Program-made: the position numbers and the translations under genes
The notes under the pieces: generated by a model
The model's input: only the letters and a program-made list of their open reading frames with translations
Database searches by the model: none
Told to the model about the DNA's origin: nothing
Shown here: positions 8,933 through 18,288 of the stretch, piece by piece
How positions within the stretch are numbered: position 1 is the stretch's first letter
Layout: every line of letters starts with the position of its first letter
Assembly (NCBI GenBank): GCA_015063905.1
Contig: SVTF01000007.1
Span: 2,975 to 66,974 of the forward strand
DNA: 64,000 nt
Direction: 5' to 3'
DNA from: Oscillospiraceae bacterium
GTDB taxonomy: Bacteria > Bacillota > Clostridia > Oscillospirales > CAG-272

Positions 8933-9499
8933 TTATCTCTCTTGATGTTTTTTCCATTCGTCTTTTAGTAAACTATACATACAAGCATCTACGATTCCTT
9001 TGTTGCTATAATCAGCTTGCCTTAAAGTTCCTTCGTATATCAAACCACACTTTTTCATTACATCTCCCGAATGTGGGTTGTTTGGATCGTGTTGCGATTC
9101 AATTCTGTTTGCTCCCACTTCATCAAATAAATATGGGATAATTGAAGAAAAAGCCTCACTTGTTATGCCTTGATGCCACCATTTACTACCTATACAATAC
9201 CCAATGTGCAGAATATTTAAATCTTCATTTATCCCTACAACGCTTATTGTACCAATAGGTTCATTTATTTCCTTGAGTACTATTGCCCATTGATAAAAGT
9301 CTGCTCTTTGACTTTCTTCGATCCAAGAACGAATTACTCTTTCGGTTGTTGAGATATCCGTATGTGTTGGCCAGCGAAGAAACTCTGTCACTTTTTCATC
9401 GGAAGTCCAATTTTTAAATGCTGCTTCTGTATCACTAAATTTAAAAGCTCTCAAGCACAGCCGGTCTGTTTCTATTGTAATTGTTCCTTTGTGTTTCAT
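8933..9499 (-). CDS. GNAT family N-acetyltransferase (RimJ/RimL-like)
   Basis: 188 aa. The ETDRLCLRAFKFSD...W start and the acetyl-CoA region WWHQGITSEAF are typical of RimJ/L-type GNATs. Confidence 0.8.
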   Translation of the reverse strand: MKHKGTITIETDRLCLRAFKFSDTEAAFKNWTSDEKVTEFLRWPTHTDISTTERVIRSWIEESQRADFYQWAIVLKEINEPIGTISVVGINEDLNILHIGYCIGSKWWHQGITSEAFSSIIPYLFDEVGANRIESQHDPNNPHSGDVMKKCGLIYEGTLRQADYSNKGIVDACMYSLLKDEWKKHQER

Positions 9500-9625
9500 A
9501 TTATCACGCCATCAAATTCTTGTTTATTGTTTTCTTTTCTCGCACCGATTTCGCCCTCTTTGTCGGCTTCGCCGCCACCTATCCCAAAGGGAGAGGCTTA
9601 TTCGTTAGCTCCATTATAACACAAA

Positions 9626-9656
9626 TCGGCAGAGAAGACAAGTTGTTCTCTGCCGA
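9626..9656 (-). terminator. Terminator downstream of ugd (end of the polysaccharide locus)
   Basis: 11-bp stem tcggcagagaa / ttctctgccga, followed on the minus strand by TTTGTGTT. Confidence 0.55.
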
Positions 9657-9713
9657 ACTTTTGTGATCGCCTATTTCTTTGCTAAGAATGCAGAGAGAAA
9701 AGGTCGCGCTTTT

Positions 9714-10898
9714 TTAATCTCTGAAATAAAGATCTCTTGTATATACTTTGTCTAAAACGTCGGAGATCTCCTCGTTATAACGGTTGGCGATGATTACATC
9801 CGACATCTGTTTGAATTGCTCCAGATCGCGAATCACTCGGCTGTTAAAGAAACGATCTTCCTTCATGGTAGGCTCGTAAATAACCACTTCGATGCCCTTT
9901 GCCTTGATACGCTTCATAACGCCCTGAATGGAGGATTGACGGAAATTGTCGCTGCTCGCCTTCATGGTAAGGCGGTAAACTCCAACGGTGTGTGGCTTTT
10001 TAGCTATTATCTGGTCCGCGATAAAGTCTTTTCGGGTACTGTTTGCGGCAACTATTGCGGAAATAATATTTTGGGGAACGTCATTATAGTTGGCAAGCAG
10101 CTGCTTTGTGTCCTTGGGAAGACAGTAGCCGCCGTAGCCAAATGAGGGGTTATTGTAATGAGAGCCTATTCTGGGGTCGAGACCTATGCCTTCGATTATT
10201 GATTTTGAATCCAGCCCTCTTACCGCCGCATAAGTGTCCAGCTCGTTGAAGAAGGAAACGCGGAGCGCGAGATACGTGTTTGCGAAAAGCTTTACCGCCT
10301 CCGCTTCGGTAGGATTCATAAATCTTACCTCAATATCTTGCTTGAGCGCGCCCTCTTTAAGAAGATCCGCAAACGTATGAGCCGCCTTTTCCAGCCTCTT
10401 GTTGCCCACGGGCACGCCAACGATTATGCGACTCGGGTAAAGATTGTCATAAAGCGCGCGGCCCTCTCTCAAAAATTCGGGACTGAAGAGGATATTATCG
10501 CAATTCATGTCCGCGCGAACCTTTTCGGTAAATCCAACGGGAACTGTAGACTTAACAATAATGACCGCATCGGGATTTACGTCTATGACCTGATTTATCA
10601 CAGACTCGACCGAGCTTGTATCAAAATAGTTCTTTCCGGGGTCGTAGTTTGTCGGTGTGGCAACTATAACAAGCTCTGCGTTTTTATACGCGCTCTCGCC
10701 GTCTGTCGTAGCGAGCAACGAAAGCTCTTTTTCTTTTAGGTATTCTTCAATTTCCCGGTCCACTATAGGCGATCTTTTTTCATTTATCATCTTAACCTTT
10801 TCGGGAATGATGTCAACCGCCGTTACCTCATTGTTTTGGGCGAGCAATATCGCCATGGACAGACCCACATAGCCTGTTCCTGCAACTGCTATTTTCAT
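9714..10898 (-). CDS. ugd: UDP-glucose 6-dehydrogenase
   Basis: The ORF track extends to 11027. The true start is most likely the ATG at 10898 ([14 protein letters not shown] Rossmann start, GGAG RBS 8 nt upstream). The catalytic region [10 protein letters not shown] is present. Confidence 0.9.
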   Translation of the reverse strand: MKIAVAGTGYVGLSMAILLAQNNEVTAVDIIPEKVKMINEKRSPIVDREIEEYLKEKELSLLATTDGESAYKNAELVIVATPTNYDPGKNYFDTSSVESVINQVIDVNPDAVIIVKSTVPVGFTEKVRADMNCDNILFSPEFLREGRALYDNLYPSRIIVGVPVGNKRLEKAAHTFADLLKEGALKQDIEVRFMNPTEAEAVKLFANTYLALRVSFFNELDTYAAVRGLDSKSIIEGIGLDPRIGSHYNNPSFGYGGYCLPKDTKQLLANYNDVPQNIISAIVAANSTRKDFIADQIIAKKPHTVGVYRLTMKASSDNFRQSSIQGVMKRIKAKGIEVVIYEPTMKEDRFFNSRVIRDLEQFKQMSDVIIANRYNEEISDVLDKVYTRDLYFRD

Positions 10899-11112
10899 AT
10901 TAATCTCCATTCCGCCGCGCACAGCGGCACAAATATTTTGATGAAACACGCACGCTAAAGAACTTCCGCGCGTGCGGGTCATGCGAGAAAAAGCGTTGCT
11001 TTGCGCTGATATGAGCTCAGACTTCACGCTATTTCTCTATATACACGGTTAATATTCAATGCAATATGCAGTCCCTACGAGTGCTTCTCCATGGCAACCG
11101 ATATTAGCAAAT

Positions 11113-12183
11113 TTATATCTTGTAAAATTCCTTATACCACTCCGCAAAGTTCCTGAGTCCCTGGCGAAGTGAGGTTGAAGGCTTAAAGCCGAAATCTCGT
11201 TCAAGCGCGGATGTGTCCGCATATGTTATGGGAACGTCTCCGGGCTGCATGGGAACGAGCTTTTTGTGAGATTCAAAGTCATAGTCAAGCGGCAATACGC
11301 CCGCGCGAACCAGCTCCTGACTCAGTATCTCAACGAAATCGAGCAGATTTTCGGGCGAATTGTTGCCTATATTATATATTCTGTAGGGCGCAAGCGGTAA
11401 CCCGTCCTCGCCCACCTGCTTTTCGGGCGCGTTTTGCATAACGTGCTTAACACCTGTTACGATGTCGTCTACGTATGTAAAATCACGCTTACAGTTTCCA
11501 AAATTGAATATCTCAATTATCTTGCCCTCGCGCAGCTTGTTGGTAAATCCGAAATATGCCATATCGGGACGGCCCGCGGGTCCGTACACCGTAAAGAAGC
11601 GCAAGCCCGTTGACGGAATGTTGTAAAGCTTGGAGTACGCATGCGCCATAAGCTCGTTGCTTTTTTTGGTAGCGGCATAGAGAGATACGGGGTTGTCCAC
11701 CTTATCGTCTGTGCTATAGGGTATCTTTTTGTTTGAACCGTAAACGGATGACGAGGAGGCATATACTAAATGCTCCACCGAATAATGTCTGCAAGCCTCT
11801 AAAATGTTATAAAATCCTATTATGTTGGATTCTATATAGGCATCGGGATTGGTTATTGAATAACGTACCCCCGCCTGCGCAGCAAGGTTGACAACAACGG
11901 AAAACCTATATTGCTCAAAAAGCGCGTCAACGGTATCTTTATTGGCAATGTTTCCCTTGACAAACACCCATTTAGCGTCTTTATCGCGCGCGCACTTTTC
12001 TATTTCGGCAAGTCTGTATTCTTTGATGGATACGTCATAATAATCGTTGAGGCTATCAAGACCAACAAGAGTCATTCCGTGAGTTGTCTTTAATAACTCC
12101 AACGCAAGATTTGAGCCAATAAATCCTGCCGCGCCGGTTACCAGCACGGTCTTGTTGTTGAGGTCTATGTTTGGTGTCAGCAT
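11113..12183 (-). CDS. NAD-dependent epimerase, UDP-glucuronate 4-epimerase-like (CapI/WbnF type)
   Basis: 356 aa. VLVTGAAGFIGSNL, LDSLNDYYDVSIKEYRL, SSSSVYG and YAATK motifs match SDR-type UDP-GlcA 4-epimerases. Overlaps the upstream gene by 7 nt. Confidence 0.8.
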   Translation of the reverse strand: MLTPNIDLNNKTVLVTGAAGFIGSNLALELLKTTHGMTLVGLDSLNDYYDVSIKEYRLAEIEKCARDKDAKWVFVKGNIANKDTVDALFEQYRFSVVVNLAAQAGVRYSITNPDAYIESNIIGFYNILEACRHYSVEHLVYASSSSVYGSNKKIPYSTDDKVDNPVSLYAATKKSNELMAHAYSKLYNIPSTGLRFFTVYGPAGRPDMAYFGFTNKLREGKIIEIFNFGNCKRDFTYVDDIVTGVKHVMQNAPEKQVGEDGLPLAPYRIYNIGNNSPENLLDFVEILSQELVRAGVLPLDYDFESHKKLVPMQPGDVPITYADTSALERDFGFKPSTSLRQGLRNFAEWYKEFYKI

Positions 12184-12911
12184 ACTCCCGCATACTCCTC
12201 CTCAACCTTTTTATAGCTCTCGAGATTGCCGATATCATAGCGTCTGCCCGGCATCTCCATGGCGTGTACGGGCGTTTGAGTACACAACCACGCGATATAG
12301 CTTCCGGGTGCGTCCGTTCCGCAGCCCTGCTCTATTCCTCGCTTTACAAGCTTTGCGTCCTCTTTTGTGTAATAATAAAAGGGCGGGCAGCACCAATGCG
12401 ATTTGGGCTGGGCGGGCTTTTCCTCCATGCCGAGTATCTTGTCGCTTGCGTCGATCTCGACTACACCGCATTTGGTAAGTCTTTTTTCATCTCCCTCGTA
12501 ATATCGCATGATGCACGAGGTTTTTTTCTCTTTAGCATATTCAATAAATTTAGTTAAGCTGAAATCCAGCAGATTGTCGCCCGCAATAACCAGCATGTCA
12601 TCATCAAGACCCAGCTTATCTATAGCAAATTGAACGTCGCAGACCGCGCCGAGTCTGGTTTCATTGGAGTCTGTGCCGTCGTCAACAACGGTTATTTTTT
12701 GCGCCTTTGCCTCTGCCCATTTGTCAAAATGATGAGCAAACTTATGGTTGGATATAACGACGTATTCGTCGATCGCTCCAAGTGTGTCTATATCATCAAT
12801 AAGCCAATCAAGTATGAGCTTGTTTTTTACGGGTAAAAGCGGCTTTGGAAAGTTTTCTGTCAGGGGATAAAGTCTTGTCGCGTATCCTGCCGCCAAGATC
12901 AAGCATTTCAT
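12177..12911 (-). CDS. Sugar-1-phosphate nucleotidyltransferase (RmlA/GalU-like fold)
   Basis: 244 aa. N-terminal LILAAGYATRLYPLTENFPKPLLPV is the canonical nucleotidyltransferase signature. Confidence 0.75.
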   Translation of the reverse strand: MKCLILAAGYATRLYPLTENFPKPLLPVKNKLILDWLIDDIDTLGAIDEYVVISNHKFAHHFDKWAEAKAQKITVVDDGTDSNETRLGAVCDVQFAIDKLGLDDDMLVIAGDNLLDFSLTKFIEYAKEKKTSCIMRYYEGDEKRLTKCGVVEIDASDKILGMEEKPAQPKSHWCCPPFYYYTKEDAKLVKRGIEQGCGTDAPGSYIAWLCTQTPVHAMEMPGRRYDIGNLESYKKVEEEYAGVC

Positions 12912-12928
12912 TGTGTTTTCTCCAATAG

Positions 12929-14107
12929 TTATTTGTCTAATATAACGCCATCGGCACTGTTACAGATATATGCCGAATACTTGCCTTCAAGATGGGGGAA
13001 TGCCTTTATATATTCACGCTGTACTCTTTCAAGAATACTTTGCTCATAATCGGGATCAATAATTGCCATGCAGCAGCCCTTAAAGCCCGCTCCCGAGAAA
13101 CGACCGCCGTATATTCCGTCGGTTTCGGTCATTATCTCATATAGCTTTTTAAGCTCGGGAGAGCCCGTTTCCCAATTATAGATCGAGGAACGGCCACTTT
13201 CAAACGACAGCCTTCCAAATTCCTCAATATTGCCCGATCTCCAAGCCATAGCACCCGCTTCAACTCTGTCGAATTCTGTGTACCAATGCTCAGCGCGCTT
13301 CATCCAATTCTCAGGAAGCCTATCCTTGTATTGTTCATACACCTCGCGTGGAACGTCACGAAGATTTGTTTCGTCAAATTTTCCATATTCCATTCCCGCA
13401 TATGCCTTGAGGGCGTAAGCGGCGGAACGGCACTCGTCAACTCTCATGTTGAAGGCAGAGCCGGCAAGTGAGCGCTCGAGTCCGGAAAACAGTATTGCGA
13501 ATTTATAGGGCTTTGCGGCAGGGCTCGTGGGAATAAGCTCAAAGCTGTCATCGCGCATATCCATATAAAGAAGATGGTCTTTTCTGCAATATATCTCGCA
13601 GCTCTGATCCAGCTTTCCACAAGCTACTCCAACGTATTTATTCTCCGCCTCCTTGGCTATCGTGATAAGCTCGCGCTCTGTCAGTCTGATACCGTTCATG
13701 TCCGCAAGCGCGGTCAAAAACGTGATTATTACCGCCGCCGAGGAGGACAGTCCGCCAATAGGCAGCTCTCCGTCGATTACGGCGCAAAGGCCTGTGCGCA
13801 AAGGATATCGCTTGTTAAGCGCGATGGTTGCTCCGCGCAGATGGTCTGCCCAGTCGCCCTCCTTGACGGAAGGAGCCGATGCCACGTGCCATTGCGCTCT
13901 TTTGGGAAACTGCATAGATGTTATCTCAATGACTCCGTTTTGCTTTGGTCCGTAGGCTATGTATATTCCCTTATCGATGGCAAAACCGGTTATCTTTCCA
14001 AGCTGATGATCGCTATGCGCTCCAATCGGACATATGCGATACGGCGTAAAAGCCACATGAAGAGGCTCTTTTTTATACATTTGGTTAAATCTTGCGTCAC
14101 AGGTCAT
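12929..14107 (-). CDS. GHMP-family sugar-1-kinase, galacturonokinase (GalAK)-like branch
   Basis: 392 aa. Motif I PYRICPIGAHSDHQ, motif II PIGGLSSSAAV, motif III GGRFSGAGFKGC. The blocks NMRVDECRSAA and KRAEHWYTEFDRV...W.SGNIEEFG match my recollection of plant-type GalA kinase rather than classical GalK. Confidence 0.7.
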   Translation of the reverse strand: MTCDARFNQMYKKEPLHVAFTPYRICPIGAHSDHQLGKITGFAIDKGIYIAYGPKQNGVIEITSMQFPKRAQWHVASAPSVKEGDWADHLRGATIALNKRYPLRTGLCAVIDGELPIGGLSSSAAVIITFLTALADMNGIRLTERELITIAKEAENKYVGVACGKLDQSCEIYCRKDHLLYMDMRDDSFELIPTSPAAKPYKFAILFSGLERSLAGSAFNMRVDECRSAAYALKAYAGMEYGKFDETNLRDVPREVYEQYKDRLPENWMKRAEHWYTEFDRVEAGAMAWRSGNIEEFGRLSFESGRSSIYNWETGSPELKKLYEIMTETDGIYGGRFSGAGFKGCCMAIIDPDYEQSILERVQREYIKAFPHLEGKYSAYICNSADGVILDK

Positions 14108-14158
14108 ATCGATCTCTCCTTGTTTTTTGTGCTATGGTGATAGCTTGACTTTGGAAGA

Positions 14159-14875
14159 TTATTTGAGTGCTCGCAATTTGTCAAGCACCGTGGCCCAATC
14201 CTCAGGCGTATCTATTTCAGCGCAAAGCCTGTCCTTTACGTCGTAAGCGTATATAAGGCAATCATCGGTTATCTCATTGAGCGCCTTTTCGGCGTAGCAT
14301 GTGCGCTTATCAGTTTCGCAAAACTCGCAGATCTTATTAAGCCATTTTGCCCATTCGGTCTTGTTAAGCTTGTACATTGCTTGTGCTTCCATTGCGTTGT
14401 CAAAGAACTCAACGCCCACCTTTTTTACAAGCCCGTTATCTATAACCGCTTTAAAGTCCTTTTCAGGCAGATCAAGCGTGGAGCTTACCTTCATACAGCT
14501 ATGCTCAAATGCCAAAACGTCACCAAGCACGGATTCCTCGAACACAAGGTCGCCGTGAAGCATAATAATGTCCTCGCCTTCGAGCTCTTTCCTTGCGCAA
14601 TATATGGAATAAATATAATTCGTCTTGTCGTAGATATCGTTGTGAACGAATTTGAAATTTATAGTTGTGTTGAGCGAATGACAGTAGTCTATAAGAACGT
14701 CTTTAAAATAGCCCGTGGTGATTACCACGTCATTGACTCCCTCGGCTTCCAGCATTCGAAGCTGACGGCTAAGAATAGTTTCGCCGGAAAGAAGATCGGT
14801 CATGCATTTAGGGTGCTCGGACGTATACTGTCCCATTCTCGATCCCATACCCGAATTCAATATCAGCGCTTTCAT
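14159..14875 (-). CDS. LicC/TarI-like nucleotidyltransferase (phospho-alcohol or sugar-phosphate cytidylyltransferase), copy 1
   Basis: 238 aa. MKALILNSGMGSRMG..T...PKCM nucleotidyltransferase start. About 83% identical by hand count (about 197/238) to the ORF at 22303-23019. Confidence 0.65.
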   Translation of the reverse strand: MKALILNSGMGSRMGQYTSEHPKCMTDLLSGETILSRQLRMLEAEGVNDVVITTGYFKDVLIDYCHSLNTTINFKFVHNDIYDKTNYIYSIYCARKELEGEDIIMLHGDLVFEESVLGDVLAFEHSCMKVSSTLDLPEKDFKAVIDNGLVKKVGVEFFDNAMEAQAMYKLNKTEWAKWLNKICEFCETDKRTCYAEKALNEITDDCLIYAYDVKDRLCAEIDTPEDWATVLDKLRALK

Positions 14876-14901
14876 TGTTTCTCCCTTACGTGTACCGTAT
14901 T

Positions 14902-16359
14902 TTACGATTCGGACTTTGAGGGCATTTTCTTTTTGAAAAACCCTATTACTATATTCAAAATGTACTCAAAGCTTTCGAGCTTGAATATTACGGAGCCGCC
15001 AACATATATTGCAATGCCAAGCGGAACCTGGATAAGAAGTGTCAAAATATCGTTCAAGCCGAGGAATTGCACGCAGAATACCGCCGCGCCCATAACGCAG
15101 GAAAGTAAGATCTGCGGCAGCATGTCTCGCACTTGTTGCAGATAGCTATAGTTTAAAAGCTTTTTATTTGGATACGAGTTAATGATCTGTGATATTAAGG
15201 TCGTAATAAGCAGGCTATATGCCATCCATTCCACGCCAAACCACATGGAAATTAAAACCGCTGTAAGACCGATAGCCTTTTTGATTATCTCCAGCACTAA
15301 GAACAGATCGCTTCTTCCCATAGCCTTTATAGCGTTGAGGTTTGCGGTGTGGATGGGGTAAAATGCATAAGTGAAGCAGAAAACCCGCATATAAAGCACA
15401 CAGGGCAACCATTTTTCCGTTAATAGCAGGGAGATCAACGGCTCCGCGCACATGGCAAGCCCCATCATCATGGGCATCATGATGTAAGTGCTTGTTTTGA
15501 TGGCTCTGCGAGTCATAGCCTTTACACGCGCTTTATCATCTTGCTCTTGCGCCAATACGGGCAAAAGAACACTGTCTATAGAGTAATTTATATTTGTTAC
15601 TATGAGGTTTGGAAACTGTCTGCCTTTATTATAAAACGCAAGATCCTCGGATGAATATTTTTTTCCGATTATCAGCGTGCGAATGTCATTATATAACGTG
15701 TCGATCAGAGCCGACAGCAAAAGCTTCCAGCCGAATGAGAAGAGCGATTCCATTCTTTGAAAGGAGAATACGTTTTTGGGGCGCCACCTTACCGTGAACC
15801 ACAAAACTATCGTTCCGATAAGCTCATTGGTGACGTTTTGCCAGACCAATGCCCATACGCCGTATCCCATATATGCCAAGTAAATTCCCACAGCGGCTGA
15901 GACCATCGTGCCCCCGAGCGTTGAGAAAAAGAACTTTTTAAAGAGAAGATGCTTTGAAACGTATGATTGCTGGATGTTTTTAAGCCCTGAAATAATAAGT
16001 GTCAGACTGAGGACGCGTATTACAGGCGTTAGCTCCGGCATCTCGTAAAAAGAAGAAATAAGAGGCGCTGTGAAGAACATAATGGCGTACAGCGCAAGGC
16101 ACATGATCATGTTGAAATAGAAAACGGTTGAAAAATCAACGTCATCGGAATCCTTTTTCTGCACCAAGGCAGTACCGAGTCCCGAATTTATGAACACCTG
16201 CATTATCGTTGTAAACACCGTTACCAGCGCAATAGTTCCATACACTTCAGGAGCCAATAGCCTTGCAAGTATAATAGAGACAACAAAGGAAACGAGTTGT
16301 GCTCCTCCTCGCTCTAAAAACTTCCATATGAAATTTGTAATTACCTTTTTATTATTCAT
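14902..16359 (-). CDS. wzx: Wzx-type polysaccharide flippase (MOP superfamily)
   Basis: 485 aa polytopic membrane protein. The N-terminus FLERGGAQLVSFVVSIILARLLAPEVYG is typical of the polysaccharide biosynthesis protein family. Confidence 0.85.
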   Translation of the reverse strand: MNNKKVITNFIWKFLERGGAQLVSFVVSIILARLLAPEVYGTIALVTVFTTIMQVFINSGLGTALVQKKDSDDVDFSTVFYFNMIMCLALYAIMFFTAPLISSFYEMPELTPVIRVLSLTLIISGLKNIQQSYVSKHLLFKKFFFSTLGGTMVSAAVGIYLAYMGYGVWALVWQNVTNELIGTIVLWFTVRWRPKNVFSFQRMESLFSFGWKLLLSALIDTLYNDIRTLIIGKKYSSEDLAFYNKGRQFPNLIVTNINYSIDSVLLPVLAQEQDDKARVKAMTRRAIKTSTYIMMPMMMGLAMCAEPLISLLLTEKWLPCVLYMRVFCFTYAFYPIHTANLNAIKAMGRSDLFLVLEIIKKAIGLTAVLISMWFGVEWMAYSLLITTLISQIINSYPNKKLLNYSYLQQVRDMLPQILLSCVMGAAVFCVQFLGLNDILTLLIQVPLGIAIYVGGSVIFKLESFEYILNIVIGFFKKKMPSKSES

Positions 16360-16373
16360 AAAAGCCCCAAGTG

Positions 16374-17321
16374 TTACTTCTTCTTAATAGATTTCAAAAA
16401 AGGAAAAGCAGCCTTTAATATTATCTTGATACGTGCCGTTAATGATAGCTCGTTAAATAGATTGCGGTATTTTTTGTTAAGTACCCGTTTTTCTTCTCCG
16501 ACAGAAAGAAAATAGTTGAAATCAAGAGCCAATAATCTTTTTTGTATTGCTTCGTCGTATGCGAAATTGGTTTCTTCGTTCAGCAAGCAAAGCATTTTTC
16601 GAAGCTTTTCGGTGTGTTTTTTCGTTTTCTCTACGGATTTGGACATTTTTGATGTCCAGGATCCCGGAGTTAAAAAGCGATAGACCGACATGCAGTCCGC
16701 GAGATATAGCATACCTCCGCGGAGCGCTCCTTGAATTTGCATCGTATAGTCCAGCTTTAAAAATCTTCTGAATTCGGGCATATCCCGAAACAGAGTGGAG
16801 CGCAAAAACAAGGATGCGGAAGCAACGTATCCTCCGTCGCCTAAAATAACGTCATTCACTGTCAGAACAGTGTCGGAATCTGCGGGGCTCACTTTGTCGA
16901 TTGCGATCCCTGTGGCAGCGTTGACTCTTAATGCCGCATGCGCACAAATATCTATCTCCGGATGAGCTTCAAGCGCTTCATACTGCTTTTGCAGTTTATT
17001 GGGATCCGTCCAATAGTCATCTCCCTCGCAAAACGCTATGTATTTTCCACTAACTCTTTCTCTTTGGATATTAAATACCGCGCCGCCGCCTTTTGAATAT
17101 TGATTCTCGGTTTGATATATGGGCTTTATTATTTCGGGATATTTTGCCTCATACTCTCTTATAATATCCGCGGTTTTATCGGTTGATGCATCATCGTGAA
17201 CAAGCACCTCAAAAGCAAAGCTTGTCTTTTGCATAATAAAGCTTTCAAGCGCATCTCTTATGTATAATTCGTGATTGTAGGCATTACATATGATGCTGAC
17301 CATTATTTTTGATTCACACAT
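16374..17321 (-). CDS. Glycosyltransferase family 2
   Basis: VSIICNAYNHELYIRDALESF..Q......EVLVHDDASTDKT is a GT2 signature. I prefer the ATG at 17321 (AGGAGA 11 nt upstream) over the TTG at 17330. Confidence 0.85.
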   Translation of the reverse strand: MCESKIMVSIICNAYNHELYIRDALESFIMQKTSFAFEVLVHDDASTDKTADIIREYEAKYPEIIKPIYQTENQYSKGGGAVFNIQRERVSGKYIAFCEGDDYWTDPNKLQKQYEALEAHPEIDICAHAALRVNAATGIAIDKVSPADSDTVLTVNDVILGDGGYVASASLFLRSTLFRDMPEFRRFLKLDYTMQIQGALRGGMLYLADCMSVYRFLTPGSWTSKMSKSVEKTKKHTEKLRKMLCLLNEETNFAYDEAIQKRLLALDFNYFLSVGEEKRVLNKKYRNLFNELSLTARIKIILKAAFPFLKSIKKK

Positions 17322-17358
17322 ATCAAACAAATTCTCCTTTTAGCAGAGCGCAAAGATA

Positions 17359-18288
17359 TTATCGGCTGGGTTCGGGCAGAACAATGCGGTTGCCAAGCTC
17401 ATCATCCCAATTGTCCGGATAAAACTTTCCCATTCCCGCATCGGAAAAGAAAGTAAATTCGGAAAAATATACTCGTCCGTTTATCTCGTAAAAATCGGTT
17501 CTTAAAAACGGGAACCCTTGGCTTAGCTTTTTACCCAATTCAAGCATTAAATCTAAGGTCTCGGGCTTGGTTAACGGGGTTTTACTGTTGGGGAAATTCT
17601 GTCTCATTTCCAATCGATTCCACTGAGGGTCAAAATAATCTATGCTTTCATCGGGGGTTTTGTCGTTCTGTATTACCTGTATAATCTGTTCTCCGTTATT
17701 GAAATTCAGAATTTTATATACGTTAAGAACCTCAAACTGCCGATCCTGCATATATTCTTCACAAACAATTTTTCGCTTTATGTCCTTATACGGCCACTCT
17801 CTGCTCCAATAGAACATATCGCGCTTAAGCTTGGCGTTTAGCTTTTCGACAATCGCGTTTTTGTCAATTGTTTCCTTGTTTTTGCAAATGATAACGCTGC
17901 CGGAATCGTGATTGCATTTTAGTACGAATTGTTGTGGAAGCGTATTAAAATCTATATCATTGGCATTATCCCAGACACCGATAAGCGGTATAAGATATTC
18001 CTCGCCTATTCTTTGAGAAACGAATTCCCTTACCTCGTATTTATCGACCATGCTTGTGAAAATGGGATTTCTGTTGTAAAGCTTTAACCACTGCAGCTTT
18101 TCATTAAATGTCCTTGGCTTTTTTAAGTTTAGTTTTTTTCCAACGTTAGCACGATATTGCATTTTCAGGTACGCTTTATCCGATACGCAATGAGATATTT
18201 TTGACCTAGCAAAATATCCAAACACGGTAGATGGAATCAACTCTCTTTTATTTTTTATCAGATAAGTCAGTGATTTAATCTTGCTCAT
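17359..18288 (-). CDS. TupA-like ATP-grasp fold amidoligase family protein
   Basis: 309 aa. The blocks KPRTFNEKLQWLKLY, FVLKCNHDSG and LRTDFYEINGRVYFSEFTF match my recollection of the ATPgrasp_TupA family (teichuronopeptide-type). Confidence 0.65.
   Translation of the reverse strand: MSKIKSLTYLIKNKRELIPSTVFGYFARSKISHCVSDKAYLKMQYRANVGKKLNLKKPRTFNEKLQWLKLYNRNPIFTSMVDKYEVREFVSQRIGEEYLIPLIGVWDNANDIDFNTLPQQFVLKCNHDSGSVIICKNKETIDKNAIVEKLNAKLKRDMFYWSREWPYKDIKRKIVCEEYMQDRQFEVLNVYKILNFNNGEQIIQVIQNDKTPDESIDYFDPQWNRLEMRQNFPNSKTPLTKPETLDLMLELGKKLSQGFPFLRTDFYEINGRVYFSEFTFFSDAGMGKFYPDNWDDELGNRIVLPEPSR

Noticed and set aside
10899-11027. N-terminal extensions offered by the ORF track for several genes: ugd to 11027, GldA-like ATPase to 41813, lipoprotein to 56705, transketolase to 58554, small lipoprotein to 57891, sigma to 30248, Gly-rich protein to 26950, alr to 57775.
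   Set aside because: In each case an internal start codon has a proper GGAGG-type RBS at 5-11 nt. Each internal start also yields the canonical family N-terminus: a Rossmann GxGxxG start, MIKIQHL for the ATPase, or lipoprotein signal peptides. The extensions are unstructured and lack an RBS.
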